Below are positions 37,301 through 46,900 of a stretch of 64,000 nucleotides of DNA, in pieces. The notes beneath the pieces are model-generated. The model saw only the letters and a list, made by a program, of their open reading frames with translations. It was not told the origin of the DNA and did no database searches. The position numbers were made by a program, and so were the translations under genes. The stretch is from Raillietiella orientalis (taxonomy: Eukaryota), in contig JAYWIR010000005.1 in NCBI GenBank assembly GCA_036172245.1, positions 3,472,001-3,536,000 on the forward strand, given 5' to 3'. Every line of letters starts with the position of its first letter. Position 1 is the first letter of the stretch.

Positions 37301-37951
37301 GGACGGCACGGGACCTCTCCGACCCACTCGACAGAGCAAGTGTTTATCAAGGTATACGTGGTCCGGCGTTGCTGCCATAACAGGGTCGCTAGCGAACAAG
37401 TTGCACGCGTGCACGGACGCGCACATCTCTTCCGCTAGCAACTTTTCCCTTTTGTGGGATCTATTCTCGGAAAGCAGGTGGACGTTAAAGTCCCCCGCAA
37501 TGAGATGGGCCACAGTAGGGTGAGATCGAGTGAGCCACTGGCCTTGAAGGGTACCGAAGAACTCAATCCTTTCGGCCCATCGTCCAGCACCGCTCGGCGC
37601 GTACACGTTGGTTACGACAAGGTCGATCGAGTCGGACCACTTGAGTACAAGCTGTCCCACTCGGCCTTCCGTGTCGAAACGAACGCTGCGCACCGCTCCC
37701 GCCAAAGTTCCTCGCACGAGGAAAGCGACGCCGCACGTACGTGCAACGCCGCACCTATGAAGTAGCGTTCCGCCCGCGCGCCGTTCGATTTCGGCAGCCT
37801 GCTCTCCGGAGATGCTGTGACTCTCCTGCAGGAGCGTCAAGTCGAAGGCGCGCAGAGCGTCAGCCACTAGTCGCCTCTTCTCCTCGTGTTGGAGCCCGTT
37901 GACGTTCCAAGACGTTACGGCAACACGACGAGAAGACGCGATTGCCCTCAT
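34379..37951 (-). CDS. ORF2 of element A: APE endonuclease + reverse transcriptase + CCHC finger (~1190 aa)
   Basis: WNVNGL, LQE, NVYAP, AGDFN, DHVY, SDH; KAPGEDG, NWRPITL, DLHKAFD, RQGDSLSP, YADD, YLG; CLRCGEIESFPHLLLDC. The ATG overlaps the ORF1 stop (TGATG). Confidence 0.96.
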   Translation of the reverse strand: MRAIASSRRVAVTSWNVNGLQHEEKRRLVADALRAFDLTLLQESHSISGEQAAEIERRAGGTLLHRCGVARTCGVAFLVRGTLAGAVRSVRFDTEGRVGQLVLKWSDSIDLVVTNVYAPSGAGRWAERIEFFGTLQGQWLTRSHPTVAHLIAGDFNVHLLSENRSHKREKLLAEEMCASVHACNLFASDPVMAATPDHVYLDKHLLCRVGRRGPVPSVLSDHNRLEFELLPPGKGPTNCFWRMPADWLSHPEAAEHLRQYLLGFAISELEDWDDLKRSVREFCCRFHLHQLPRGFGEGVANSRDFLQARSFSRRADVGRLSEYKAKAERQVWQSGATVLLDDQDRECSAPADVRRIVRRYYSSLYAEAPTERSLSRLLLPIDAPVVDEEERARLDEPFTAEEISSAISGLKRRKAPGEDGLPAEFFQCFAAELIPLVLQLSSLMRDSRDVPASFRSAKVRLLPKGGDLRQLNNWRPITLLNSDVKLFSKLWVARMGRIAESLVSPEQTYADPGRSLDANLLFIRTWLQLQHRVAVDRRAEATPSISHRRRRGTQRETPGALAVAVDLHKAFDCVTQKLLLELLERLGLPASLLAYLRSCWRHAITSIVFSGCRVYGVPVRRGIRQGDSLSPLLFSIYFELVLEAYRLTLANLPSSCPGTPAVAAYADDLLLLLPMSTPTASLEDFFELIRRGAGVSVNRSKCMVVPVGATWEGQSDWIDLGIPTGRYLRYLGVPLGDFCVSEAWSDCLRKAERALSPFSGGEFVLPERACIWNTFVAPLLRPLFFVCPPPQEVKVWAQRLLRKALWGAARSRVRLRDLVAPRQDAGLGILDLNSIELQVQFRMLRLCAKLWCTPWCLPARLILRRCTGSEGLLSLLPHFRHTRIGFGFPLRQLSSLLEAQSWIFCRPMNINAWRQESFSSWAASEGTRPEDLRRLRLLLSHQMDEVMQDKKLSDRLAATPLAAALSALRASNDGCLPAEWKISCKIAGVSKLLGSWTTKELVQAATPRNRAKGLLRWSEHLSVPPGEIVVPPVCLESSVFPLKWKQDVLLFLHCAFHCNRQRSIVSGGAALPNCLRCGEIESFPHLLLDCGNLRELWRRLTSAIMPQGGTAIDVLRRFFSRNGLSVGAIVATMCCVRAIVKARYALELSSQRREAHLLAAQFMEKASRWSHLRDKVNEDITGIHRRFTHI

Positions 37952-39855
37952 CACGGCTGGGAAAGCGAGGCCGTGGTGCTCGCCTCACCCGGCGAGCGGG
38001 CAGTAAGCAGCACGACGGGCTGAAGGGCGCGGTCGCCACCGGCCTCAACTGTGCTGCACGTAATCGGGTGCTCCTCCCCGGGTGCAGAACCTGTGGGTTC
38101 CGGGGTGAGCACTCGCCGTTCCGCGGCGAGTGTGTCACGCCTCAGGGCTTCAGCCCTGCGGGCGCTCGCTCCCGCGCGAGTTACGCGTCGTTCAGCTGCG
38201 TTATCGGACTCCTTTGCAGGGTCTGATGCTCGCACGATCGACGTGCGCTTGCATCCGTCCGATTGCACCGGAATGGTCTTCTCGGCGGTCACAGAAGCGG
38301 ACTTGCACGCATTGAAGGCGCAGGCTTTTTCCTTGGAAGAGTCACACGCCGCGCGTGTTTTCGTATTCCTGCGACTGCTTTTTCCTTTGGAAGAGCTCAG
38401 GGATGGAGGTTGCGGAGCTTTTTTTGGAGATTTTTCTTTCCTCCTCTTCACAAACTTCCATTCGCCTTCGCGATTTTCGAAGGCTTCCGCGACAGTAGTT
38501 GCGGAAACCTCCGGGATTTTCGCTGCGTTCTCTGGGGGCGTTGCTTTCGCTACGCCTTTAAAAGGCGGCAACGGAGTCACCTTCTTGACAGTCGGGAGAT
38601 TGCTCCTCTCCTGCCGAGTCGGCGATGGGACGACTGCATGCAGCGTGCTTTTGCTCGTTGCGACGCTGCTTTTTACTGCTTTCGTAGCCTTTGCAGTGGG
38701 GCCTGCGCTGCAGTGGGGCTGTCCGGAACTCGGAAGGGACAACGGAACGGGGCAAGAAGTCTTCGCACTGTTGCGATCTTCCTGTTTTCCTACCTTTCCC
38801 TCCAGGGTGTTACGGAGATTTCCTGGTTCCAGGCTCGGAAAGGTGCCTGCGAGTTCGGCAGAGAGGGAAGGCACGGCACGCGTCAAAGCCTCGCGCCCCT
38901 TTTTAATTGGCTTCCCCGCCGTGACTTTCCCCTTTCGGGGCGTTGCGGGCGGGGATGCTTTCTTTTTATCCGCGGATCGCTCGTGGTTTTTTTCGAGTGT
39001 TTGCGGACGACGTTTTTTATTTGCCGCTGCGGCTTTTCGTGCACTGGTCTCTTGAACCCGACGAATTTCCGCTGCGGCTCTTTTTCTTGCAAGTACCGGG
39101 CACTTTTTGATTTCGTGGCCGGAATCTTTGCAATAGCGGCATCTTGGAGAGGGGCACTCTTTAATTCGGTGCCCCTCCTTGCCGCACTGCTCGCACGCGC
39201 GAATGTGGCCTATGAACCACCGGTGAACGACCGTGCCGTTCACCTGCAGCTGCTCAGGCACAACACGCCTGTTCGCGACGGTGATCCTCGCGGAGGCTTG
39301 TCCAATGTGGACAGAGGGGAAATCCTTTAGAGGATTTGGCCTCCTCCACAGAGCGTGCACGGTGGCGAACTTCGCCAGCACACTTACGACATCGCGGTCG
39401 GAGATTTCCGGTTCGATGTCGCACAATTGAACGACAAAAGTGTCGTCCATCGCGGTAGGTAGGACTTCCTTGGCATTGATGGTCAACGGCGTACGGAGAA
39501 GGCGCTGCACAAGTGCTGCGTTCTTGCACCGAATCTTCGTATATTCCATCCTGCCAGCAGGCATTATGGCAAGGAGTTCCTCCTCGCGAATGCCTATCCG
39601 GACGAGCTCATCATTGAGCTCACGACCGATTCTCCCGTTAAGTGGCCCACTGACCTTATAACGGAGTGCAGGCATGTATCCTGATGACACATATGCCTGG
39701 AACTCCGCATCGCAGGGTCCTGGTCTTTGGGAGGTAACGACGGCGTAACTCCTCGCCGGGGGCGAGGAAACCATTACGGAGGATGCGGCCACTTCAAGTG
39801 CAGCTGAAGTGCATCCAGTGGCTTGCTCCTCCACACTATCCTGTGTACTGGCCAT
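37951..39855 (-). CDS. ORF1 of element A: nucleic-acid-binding protein (RRM-like region, two CCHC knuckles, basic low-complexity tail), 634 aa
   Basis: CEQCGKEGHRIKEC and CRYCKDSGHEIKKC; K/A/P/S-rich C-terminal half. Confidence 0.92.
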   Translation of the reverse strand: MASTQDSVEEQATGCTSAALEVAASSVMVSSPPARSYAVVTSQRPGPCDAEFQAYVSSGYMPALRYKVSGPLNGRIGRELNDELVRIGIREEELLAIMPAGRMEYTKIRCKNAALVQRLLRTPLTINAKEVLPTAMDDTFVVQLCDIEPEISDRDVVSVLAKFATVHALWRRPNPLKDFPSVHIGQASARITVANRRVVPEQLQVNGTVVHRWFIGHIRACEQCGKEGHRIKECPSPRCRYCKDSGHEIKKCPVLARKRAAAEIRRVQETSARKAAAANKKRRPQTLEKNHERSADKKKASPPATPRKGKVTAGKPIKKGREALTRAVPSLSAELAGTFPSLEPGNLRNTLEGKVGKQEDRNSAKTSCPVPLSLPSSGQPHCSAGPTAKATKAVKSSVATSKSTLHAVVPSPTRQERSNLPTVKKVTPLPPFKGVAKATPPENAAKIPEVSATTVAEAFENREGEWKFVKRRKEKSPKKAPQPPSLSSSKGKSSRRNTKTRAACDSSKEKACAFNACKSASVTAEKTIPVQSDGCKRTSIVRASDPAKESDNAAERRVTRAGASARRAEALRRDTLAAERRVLTPEPTGSAPGEEHPITCSTVEAGGDRALQPVVLLTARSPGEASTTASLSQP

Positions 39856-39952
39856 GTTGCACTATGCTACTTGGCAGATTGCACAGGAACACACAAGTGC
39901 GAGCAAAAGCGCAGGAACAAAGTTGCCCGATCGTTGGCGCGGATAGACGCGG

Positions 39953-39972
39953 AAACACGTCTGCACTGTACG
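39953..39972 (-). promoter_or_regulatory. Conserved 5' RGACGTGT motif, putative internal Pol II promoter (DPE-like); representative copy
   Basis: Occurs within ~5-20 nt of the 5' end of L, F, A'', B, A, D, C, H, G and I. Resembles the downstream promoter element of arthropod LINEs. Confidence 0.6.
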
Positions 39973-42900
39973 AGCCCGGGATATCGAACGGATCTCCGGT
40001 GGGCGGCTGTTGTGGCGTTGCGGCACCGCGAAATCAAGCGGTGTCGCCTTCCTGCTTCGGCCAGCTATCGAGACCGCAATAAAGCGTTCGGTTCGATGAC
40101 GCAGGTCGCGTCGGTCAGCTGACTCTCAGCTGGTCCGATCATCGACCTGGTCGTCACCAACTCATACGCTCCTGGCGGAAACAACGCGCTGAGGGCGAAG
40201 GCAAGAAGGGAATTCTACCTGCCCTGAGACGCGATTGATCGATGCAGGAGTTCGCAAAGCGCACCTGATCGCAGGTGATTTCAACCTGCGCCTGCTTTCA
40301 GGTGCGCCGGATACACTGAACGACCGTGTCAACGAGTTGTGCGCAGAAATGAACACGCGCAACTTGTTGGTTGGGGACACGGTTATGGAAAGCAGCATCG
40401 ATCACGTGTACCTTGATCAGCACCTATGCTCTTGGGTGGGCAGGCGCGGCAAGGTACCATCCGTGCTGTCGGACCATGGTCGGATCATGTTCGAAGTGCG
40501 TCTGCGCGACAAGGGCCCCCCCTCGTCAGCGTGGCTTCTGCAAGGGGACTGGCTGAAGTTTCCCGACGCGGCGGAGCACCTCCGCGCGTTTAATCGGAGC
40601 TTCAGGATGCAGACACTTCAGGACTGGGACCGCTTCAAGCGGTTGGTCCAGGAGTTCTGCGAACAGTTCCCCCTGCATCCCCTACCTGCGGGATTTGGGG
40701 AGGGGCCGCGTAACGAAAGGCACTATCTTCAGGCCCGATGTTACGCGAGAACCCCCGACATGGGCAGGTTAGCAGAGTATCGAGCGGGAGCCGAGAGGCA
40801 AGCCTGGCAATCCGGGACGGCCAGCTTGCTGGAAGACCATGGCAGGGAGCACTCGGTTCCCGCTCAGAAACGAGGGATAGTGAGAAAATTTTACTCCACC
40901 CTGTACGTCAGGGCGCCTCCGGAGCGAGACGTCTGACGACTTCTCCTTCCGGAAGGTGCTCCAGCGATCGGGGAGGAGGAGAAAAGAAGCCTCGACGAGC
41001 CTTTCACGATGGACGAGATCCTCTCGTCCATCGGAAAGCTCAAGAGGCGGAAGGCTCCTGGGGAGGACGGCCTCCCCGCGGAGTTTTACCAAACTTTCGC
41101 GGCTGAGGTTACCCCCCTGGTACAGCAACTCACCTTGCTGATCCGCGAAACAGGTGACGTTCCCACCTCGTTTCGTTCAGCAAAGGTGCGGCTCTCCTCT
41201 AAGGGAGGAGACCTTAGGAGCATGAACAACTGGCGTCCCATGACAATAGTGAATGCGGACGCCAAGTTGCTAACCAAGCTGTGGGCAGAGCGCCTGGGAC
41301 GGGTCGCCAACATCTTCATCATCTCGGAACAGACATATGCTGTTCCCGGGCGAAATATGGAGGCGAACCTGTTCCACGCTCTTACATGGTTAGAGCTCCA
41401 ACAAGGAAGGAGCATAATAAGCAACCGGAATTCCGGTGCGTCCGTCGGTGGGGGACGGGATGGTCGGGAGGGGAGAGGAGCCCTCGCGGTCGCAGTCGAT
41501 ATCCATAAAGCATTCGATTCCGTCGACCAGAATCTCCTTTTGGAGCTTCTGGAACGCTTGGGCTTCCCGGCCTCTTTGCTGGCCTACCTGCGCTCCAGCT
41601 GGTGCGACGCGCTTATTAATGTTTTTTTTAGTGGATCCACCGTGTACGGCGTACCGGTGCGACTCGGCGTACGGCGGGGAGACAGCCTCAGCCCCTTAGT
41701 CTTCAGCGCCTATTTCGAATTGGTGCTGAGAGCGTACAGGGAGACTCTGACGCACCTGCCGTGCGATTGTCCCAATACTTCTGCGGTTTCGGCGTCCGCG
41801 GACGACCTTCTGCTGCTGCTGCCTATGTCCACCCCGGCTGCGGCGGTCGAGGAGTTCTTCGACCTGCTGAGTCGGGGAGCAGGACTGACGATGAACAGGG
41901 CGAAGTCTTCCGTAATGCCAGTCGGAGCGGCGTGGGCAGGGCAGGAGGACTGGGTCCGTTTGGGGATCCCCACGGTGAGGTACTTCAAGTACCTTGGTGT
42001 GCCGTTGGGGGACTACTCCCCTGCGGAAGCGTGGTCCGGCTGCCTTCAGAAGTCTCAGGCGGCGATCGGCCCGTTCCAGGACAGCAGGTTCTACCTGCAG
42101 AAACGGGCCGCGGCGTGGAACGCATTTGCTACCCCCCTCCTTCGCCCCTTGCTTTTTGTTTGCCCCCCCTCAGCGGAGTCAAAGAAGAAGGAGAAGGACT
42201 TCCTGAGGATCGCCCTTTGGAGCAGAGGGAGGCCCCGAGTCCGTGTTTCGGACTTGTGCGCTCCTCGTCGGGATGGTGGGCTGGGCCTCCTGACTTTGGA
42301 GCGGCTGGAGCTACAGCTCCAGTTCCGAGTTGTTGCCTTTATGGCAGAAAATTGGTGCACCCCTTGGTGCCTCCCTGCACGTCTCCTCGTCGTGCGGGCC
42401 ACCGGCAATGCGGGACTCTCGTCCTACTTTGCACTCGGATGCCACATCTGCCACTGCGGACTTGAACTTCGGAGGGAGGTCAAGCTCGTGAAGAACAACT
42501 CGGCGCGGATCCTCGTACGCCCCGCGAACGGTCCTGCCTGGTTGCAGGAAACCGTCCTCACATGGGCGATGATTCAGGAGCAGAGCCCGCAACACGAGCG
42601 AATAGCTCTGTTCGGGCAGCATGTCCACCGCACGCTCCGAGAAATTATCGAGAATCCCCGAAGGAGAGCGTAGGCACAAAGAACCTCCCTTGCTGCGGTA
42701 CTGTCTACCCTACGGGAACATCTGGGCAGCGACGTCGCGGCACAATGGGAGGTTACCGTCAAGATCGCCAGCAGGGCAAAGAAGATCGGGGATTGGAGAA
42801 CGGGTATGCTCATTAACGCTGCGACCCCGAGGACTACCCCAAATGGACTGTTGCGCTGGGGAGAGCTACTGGATGTTCCAGAGGAACATCTCGAGTGGTC

Positions 42901-43948
42901 CCCGGTGCTCATGGACTCGCGCACCCTCTTCATGAAGTGGCAACAGTCGGCCCTGATGGTGTTGCATTGGGGGCTTCCTTGCAACGCCCGCCGACACCAC
43001 TGGACGCGGGGTGGTGTCAACCCTAATTATGTCAGGTGCGGGGAGAGGGAATACCTCCCCCACCTGTTAGTGGATTGTGTTGCCCCCCGTCCCTTGTGGG
43101 AACGCTTTGCCGCAGCCCTGGGGATCCCCGGAGGCAACCCCAGAGACGCTTTGCGCCCCCTCTTCGTCCGTGACGCCCTGCCTCCAGCGGCCTCGCTTGC
43201 AGCCCTGTGCTGCCTACGCGTGATCGTCGTGGCATGGAGCAAAGCGACGGGAGGATCCAGCGACAGGGATGCCAACGTGTATGCCGCCCGTTTCCTCAGG
43301 ATGGCGACGCGATGGCCCCATCTGGAACCACACAACCAGAAACAGCTTGCCGGCATCCTCCAGAGGATGACGGACCCTCCCAGCAGACTGTGATCCCCTC
43401 CCGCTCCCTCCCTGATTTTTGTTTATTTTTGGTTTTCTTTTTGTTTCGTTCCCCCTCCCCTCTGCTGCCGAGGTCGACCGCGTTGGTCTGCGCACCGGTA
43501 GCCCGGCAAGCTATATCTTTTCAGGGCGTGGCTGGACTACTGGTCCAGTCACAGATTGTATAAGTTTATTCGTGAGAGTAAACGTCCCGGCGCACCCGGG
43601 TTTTAATGGAGATTACGGAGCGTGACGCCTCTCAGGTATTCGCAAAGGTGTTCCTTCGCACCTGAGAGTTGCGTCTAGTCCCCCGGCAGACGCCAATCCC
43701 TGGATGGCGGTCCTTTGTCGCGTGGCCGCATCTCGAAAATTAACCGGGAATGGTCCGACAACGTTGACACAACCCTCCCCCGTTTGCCGACGCGTGAACA
43801 CAGGTCAGCGTCCAGGAAGACGTGGTCGATGCTGCGGACCATTCCTTTCTCACCCGCGAACAATTTGCGCGCACGCATGGGGGCGCACAACTCGTTCATC
43901 GCGTTCACATTGTTTCCGGCTCACCTGTTAGCAGGCGGAGATTGAAAT

Positions 43949-46900
43949 TTAACACCCGGTCACGCCGGGGCGTTTATTAATAATAATAAACTGGTCAGGG
44001 ACAATGTCCCCAACCAACAGAACGACAGACAACAGTGAAAAATTACCGGTACGCAGACTTGGAAAACAAACCGCTCGCAGCGTGGGGGGAATGAGGGGAA
44101 ACAAACAAAAATCAAAAACTGGAGGGAAGGGTAAAGAGTTTTTGGTTAGGCTCCGTACTCACGAGGATTTAAACGATAAGCACCTTAAATGTTCCGGAGC
44201 CTATGGGGACGCTGTTGTCAAAAGAAAATACAAAATTAGTTTATGGAGGGTAGGGCAATGATCACCGGGTTGGCCGCTGCTGAGGGTGTGTAAACCGGCG
44301 GTGTATTGCGGCGAGATTCCTTTTTGTCTCCTCTGTCAAATGAGGCCATCTAGCAGATGCTCCCATGTAGAAGGATGCTTTGCTGATTACCTCTTGGTGC
44401 TGTCCGTTGATTAGCAACGTCTGGCGGACGGAAACTATCGCGCGTATGCAACCGATGGTTGCAATCCTTGCGCTTAGTGACAGCCCGCTCGGCGTGAAGA
44501 ATCGTCGCAGCAAGTCTCTTGCGGTGTCCACGGGATGAATTAGTGCTGTTGCCAGCCTACGCCACAGTCCTTGTGGGACATTGCAGTCCAGAAGTAGGTG
44601 CGGAATCGACTCCGTCGATCCGCACCGAACGCAGTTCGCAGACGCAAGTCCCCCGGAGTCACGATGCCAACGCTCGTTGCACTGAAAACCCCAGTGAACG
44701 AAAAGCAGCACGGCTTGTTTCCAAGCAAGGGGGAGCAGCGAACTGTCAATACACTGTCAAGGGACTACAAGTTCTTCGGGGGTAACAGCAAGTTCTTCTG
44801 CCCACCGGAGGAGTCCCTTTGCAGTAACACGAGGAGTGGCGGCGTCCGCCAACTCACTCGTCTTCCAGGCGCCAAGGAGTTTGGTTTTTCCCGCTATCGT
44901 GCAGGAAACCTCCCACCTCGCCGGTTGGTAACTGTCGTTTCTTGCCCTGAGGACAGACAGCGCTGCGAGAAGAGGCGTGGCAGCCAGGGTAGAAAACTTC
45001 ACCTCGTCCTGCAGTACTTCTTTCAAGGATCGTGGAAAAAATTGACGCAGGGGGCGAAGATCTTCAGGGCGTATTCCTTGGAACGCCGCCCAGGATTCAA
45101 CAGACTCCTGCCGCCAAGCTTCAAAGTTCATTGGGCGGCAGGAGATCCACGAGTGAGCTTCCAGAAGTGCGGTCAACTGCCGCAATGAAAACTCGAAACC
45201 CCGCTTTCTGTATTGAGTGCCCGGCAAAAGCGAGAGAAATCGTCCGCTGCCGGCGCATCTCCGCAGGAGAATGCGGGCAGGCACACACAGGGGGGATGTC
45301 CATTGCTGGGCACACAGTGCCAGCAGTCGGAACTGCAACTGCAGTCCGATTCGCTCCATTGTCAAGATACCTAAACCAGCATCCCGACAAGGAGCTAACA
45401 AATCTTTGAGGCGGATTCTGGATCTCGCCGGACCCCAGAAAGCGTTCCTGAGCAGGCGTTTAGCCCGCTGTTTTGCCGCATAGGGGGGGTCCAAAACAAA
45501 AAACAGGGAACGGAGGAGCGGGGCCACAAAGGTGTTCCAAATAGTCGCCCGTTCCTTCAAGGTAAACTTGCCGTTAAAGAACGGGCTGATGGCCAACTCT
45601 GCTTTCTGAAGACAGTCCGCCCACGCTTCGGCTGCGCCGAAAGCGCCCAACGGAACGCCAAGGTACTTAAAGTACCCGCCCGTGGGGATCCCCAGGCGGA
45701 TCCAGTCGGACTGCCCCTCCCACGACGTACCCACAGGAACGACCACGCTCTTCTCTCTGTTCACGCTCACGCCCGCTCCCCGACGAATCAGGTCGAAGAA
45801 ATCCTCGACACTGGACGCCGGGGTGGACATAAGGAGCAGAAGAAGCAGGTCATCAGCGTAGGCGGCCACGGCAGGCGTTCCCGGGCAGGAGCTTGGCAAG
45901 TGAGACAGCATCAGCCTGTATGCTCTTAGCACCAACTCAAAGAAGATGCTGAAGAGCAACGGGCTTAAGCTGTCGCCCTGTCGGATGCCCCTACGAACGG
46001 GAATACCATACACGCGGCAGCCGCTGAAAGTAATGCGGGTTAGCGCGTGGCGCCAGCACGCGCGCAAATACAGCAGGAGTTGCGCCGGGAACCCAAGGCG
46101 TTCCATAAGCTCCCAAAGCAGCTTCTGGTTTACGTAGTCGAACGCCTTGTGGAGATCAACCGCGACCGCCAAGGCACCTGGCGTTCCCTCCTGCCGTCGG
46201 CGCCTGTTCTTTTTGCCTGCGGCTGTGACTTTCGCAGCAGCCTGGCTTTGTTGCGCCACAACTTCCTACAGCTGCATTTATGTACGCGCGAAAAAAATGT
46301 TCGTCTCCATGGATCGTCACGGAACCGCGTAGGTTTGTTCCGGGCTCACCACAGATTCCGCGATACTTCCTAACCGCGCGACCCACAGCTTGGAAAAAAA
46401 ATTGACGTCCGAGTTCACGAAGGTGATCGGACGCCAGTTGTTAAGTTGACGCAAGTCTCCGCCTTTCGGCAGGAGAAGCACCTTCGCTGAGCGGAAGAAA
46501 TCCGGGACATTCCCGGATTCACTCATCAGCGTCGCGAGTTTCAGCATCAAGAAAATGAGCTTCACTGCAAAGCACTGATAAAACTCTGCAGGGAGTTCAT
46601 CCTCGCCTGGCGCCTTTCGTCTCTTCAGCCCAGCGATGGCGGACGAAAATTCATCCGCCGTGAAGGGCTTGTTGAGACGTTCGCGTTCCTCCACGCCAAC
46701 AACACGAGCATCCTGAGACAGGAGTATCTCAGAAAGAATATCCTCCATCGGGGATTCCGCGTACAGAGAGGAGTAGTAGCGTCTCACAATGCGGCGTACT
46801 TCGGCTGGGGTCGAACATTCCTGGCCCTTGTCGTCCAACAGGCATGCTGCTCCGGACTGCCAGACCTGGCGCTCAGTCCTCGCCTTGTACTCTGCGAGAC

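Larger units (their letters stand above)
34026..39972 (-). mobile_element. Element A: full-length, intact Tx1/L1-like LINE (~5.95 kb)
   Basis: Two uninterrupted ORFs. TSD agcccggga(g/t)at at 34014-34025 and 39973-39984. 5' AGACGTGT; 3' AATAAA + cccggcgtgaccggg hairpin. Confidence 0.96.
32131..43606 (+). mobile_element. Element B: full-length B-type LINE (with stops and frameshifts), inserted antisense in C and itself host of A
   Basis: TSD tggagatt at 32123-32130 and 43607-43614. ORF1 ~32222-33862. ORF2 33862-34025 + 39973-43393 (WNVNG, GDFN, DIHKAFD, SADD). Confidence 0.92.

Noticed and set aside
38051..39330. Long antisense ORFs opposite ORF1 (334 and 355 aa; likewise 26599-27729, 47880-48650, 57420-58271)
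   Set aside because: Expected shadows of GC-rich, low-complexity coding sequence; not conserved at protein level between subfamilies.
43460..43510. 3' UTR structures as hammerhead or HDV-like ribozymes
   Set aside because: No CUGAnGA/GAAA core and no convincing HDV nested pseudoknot found by eye.
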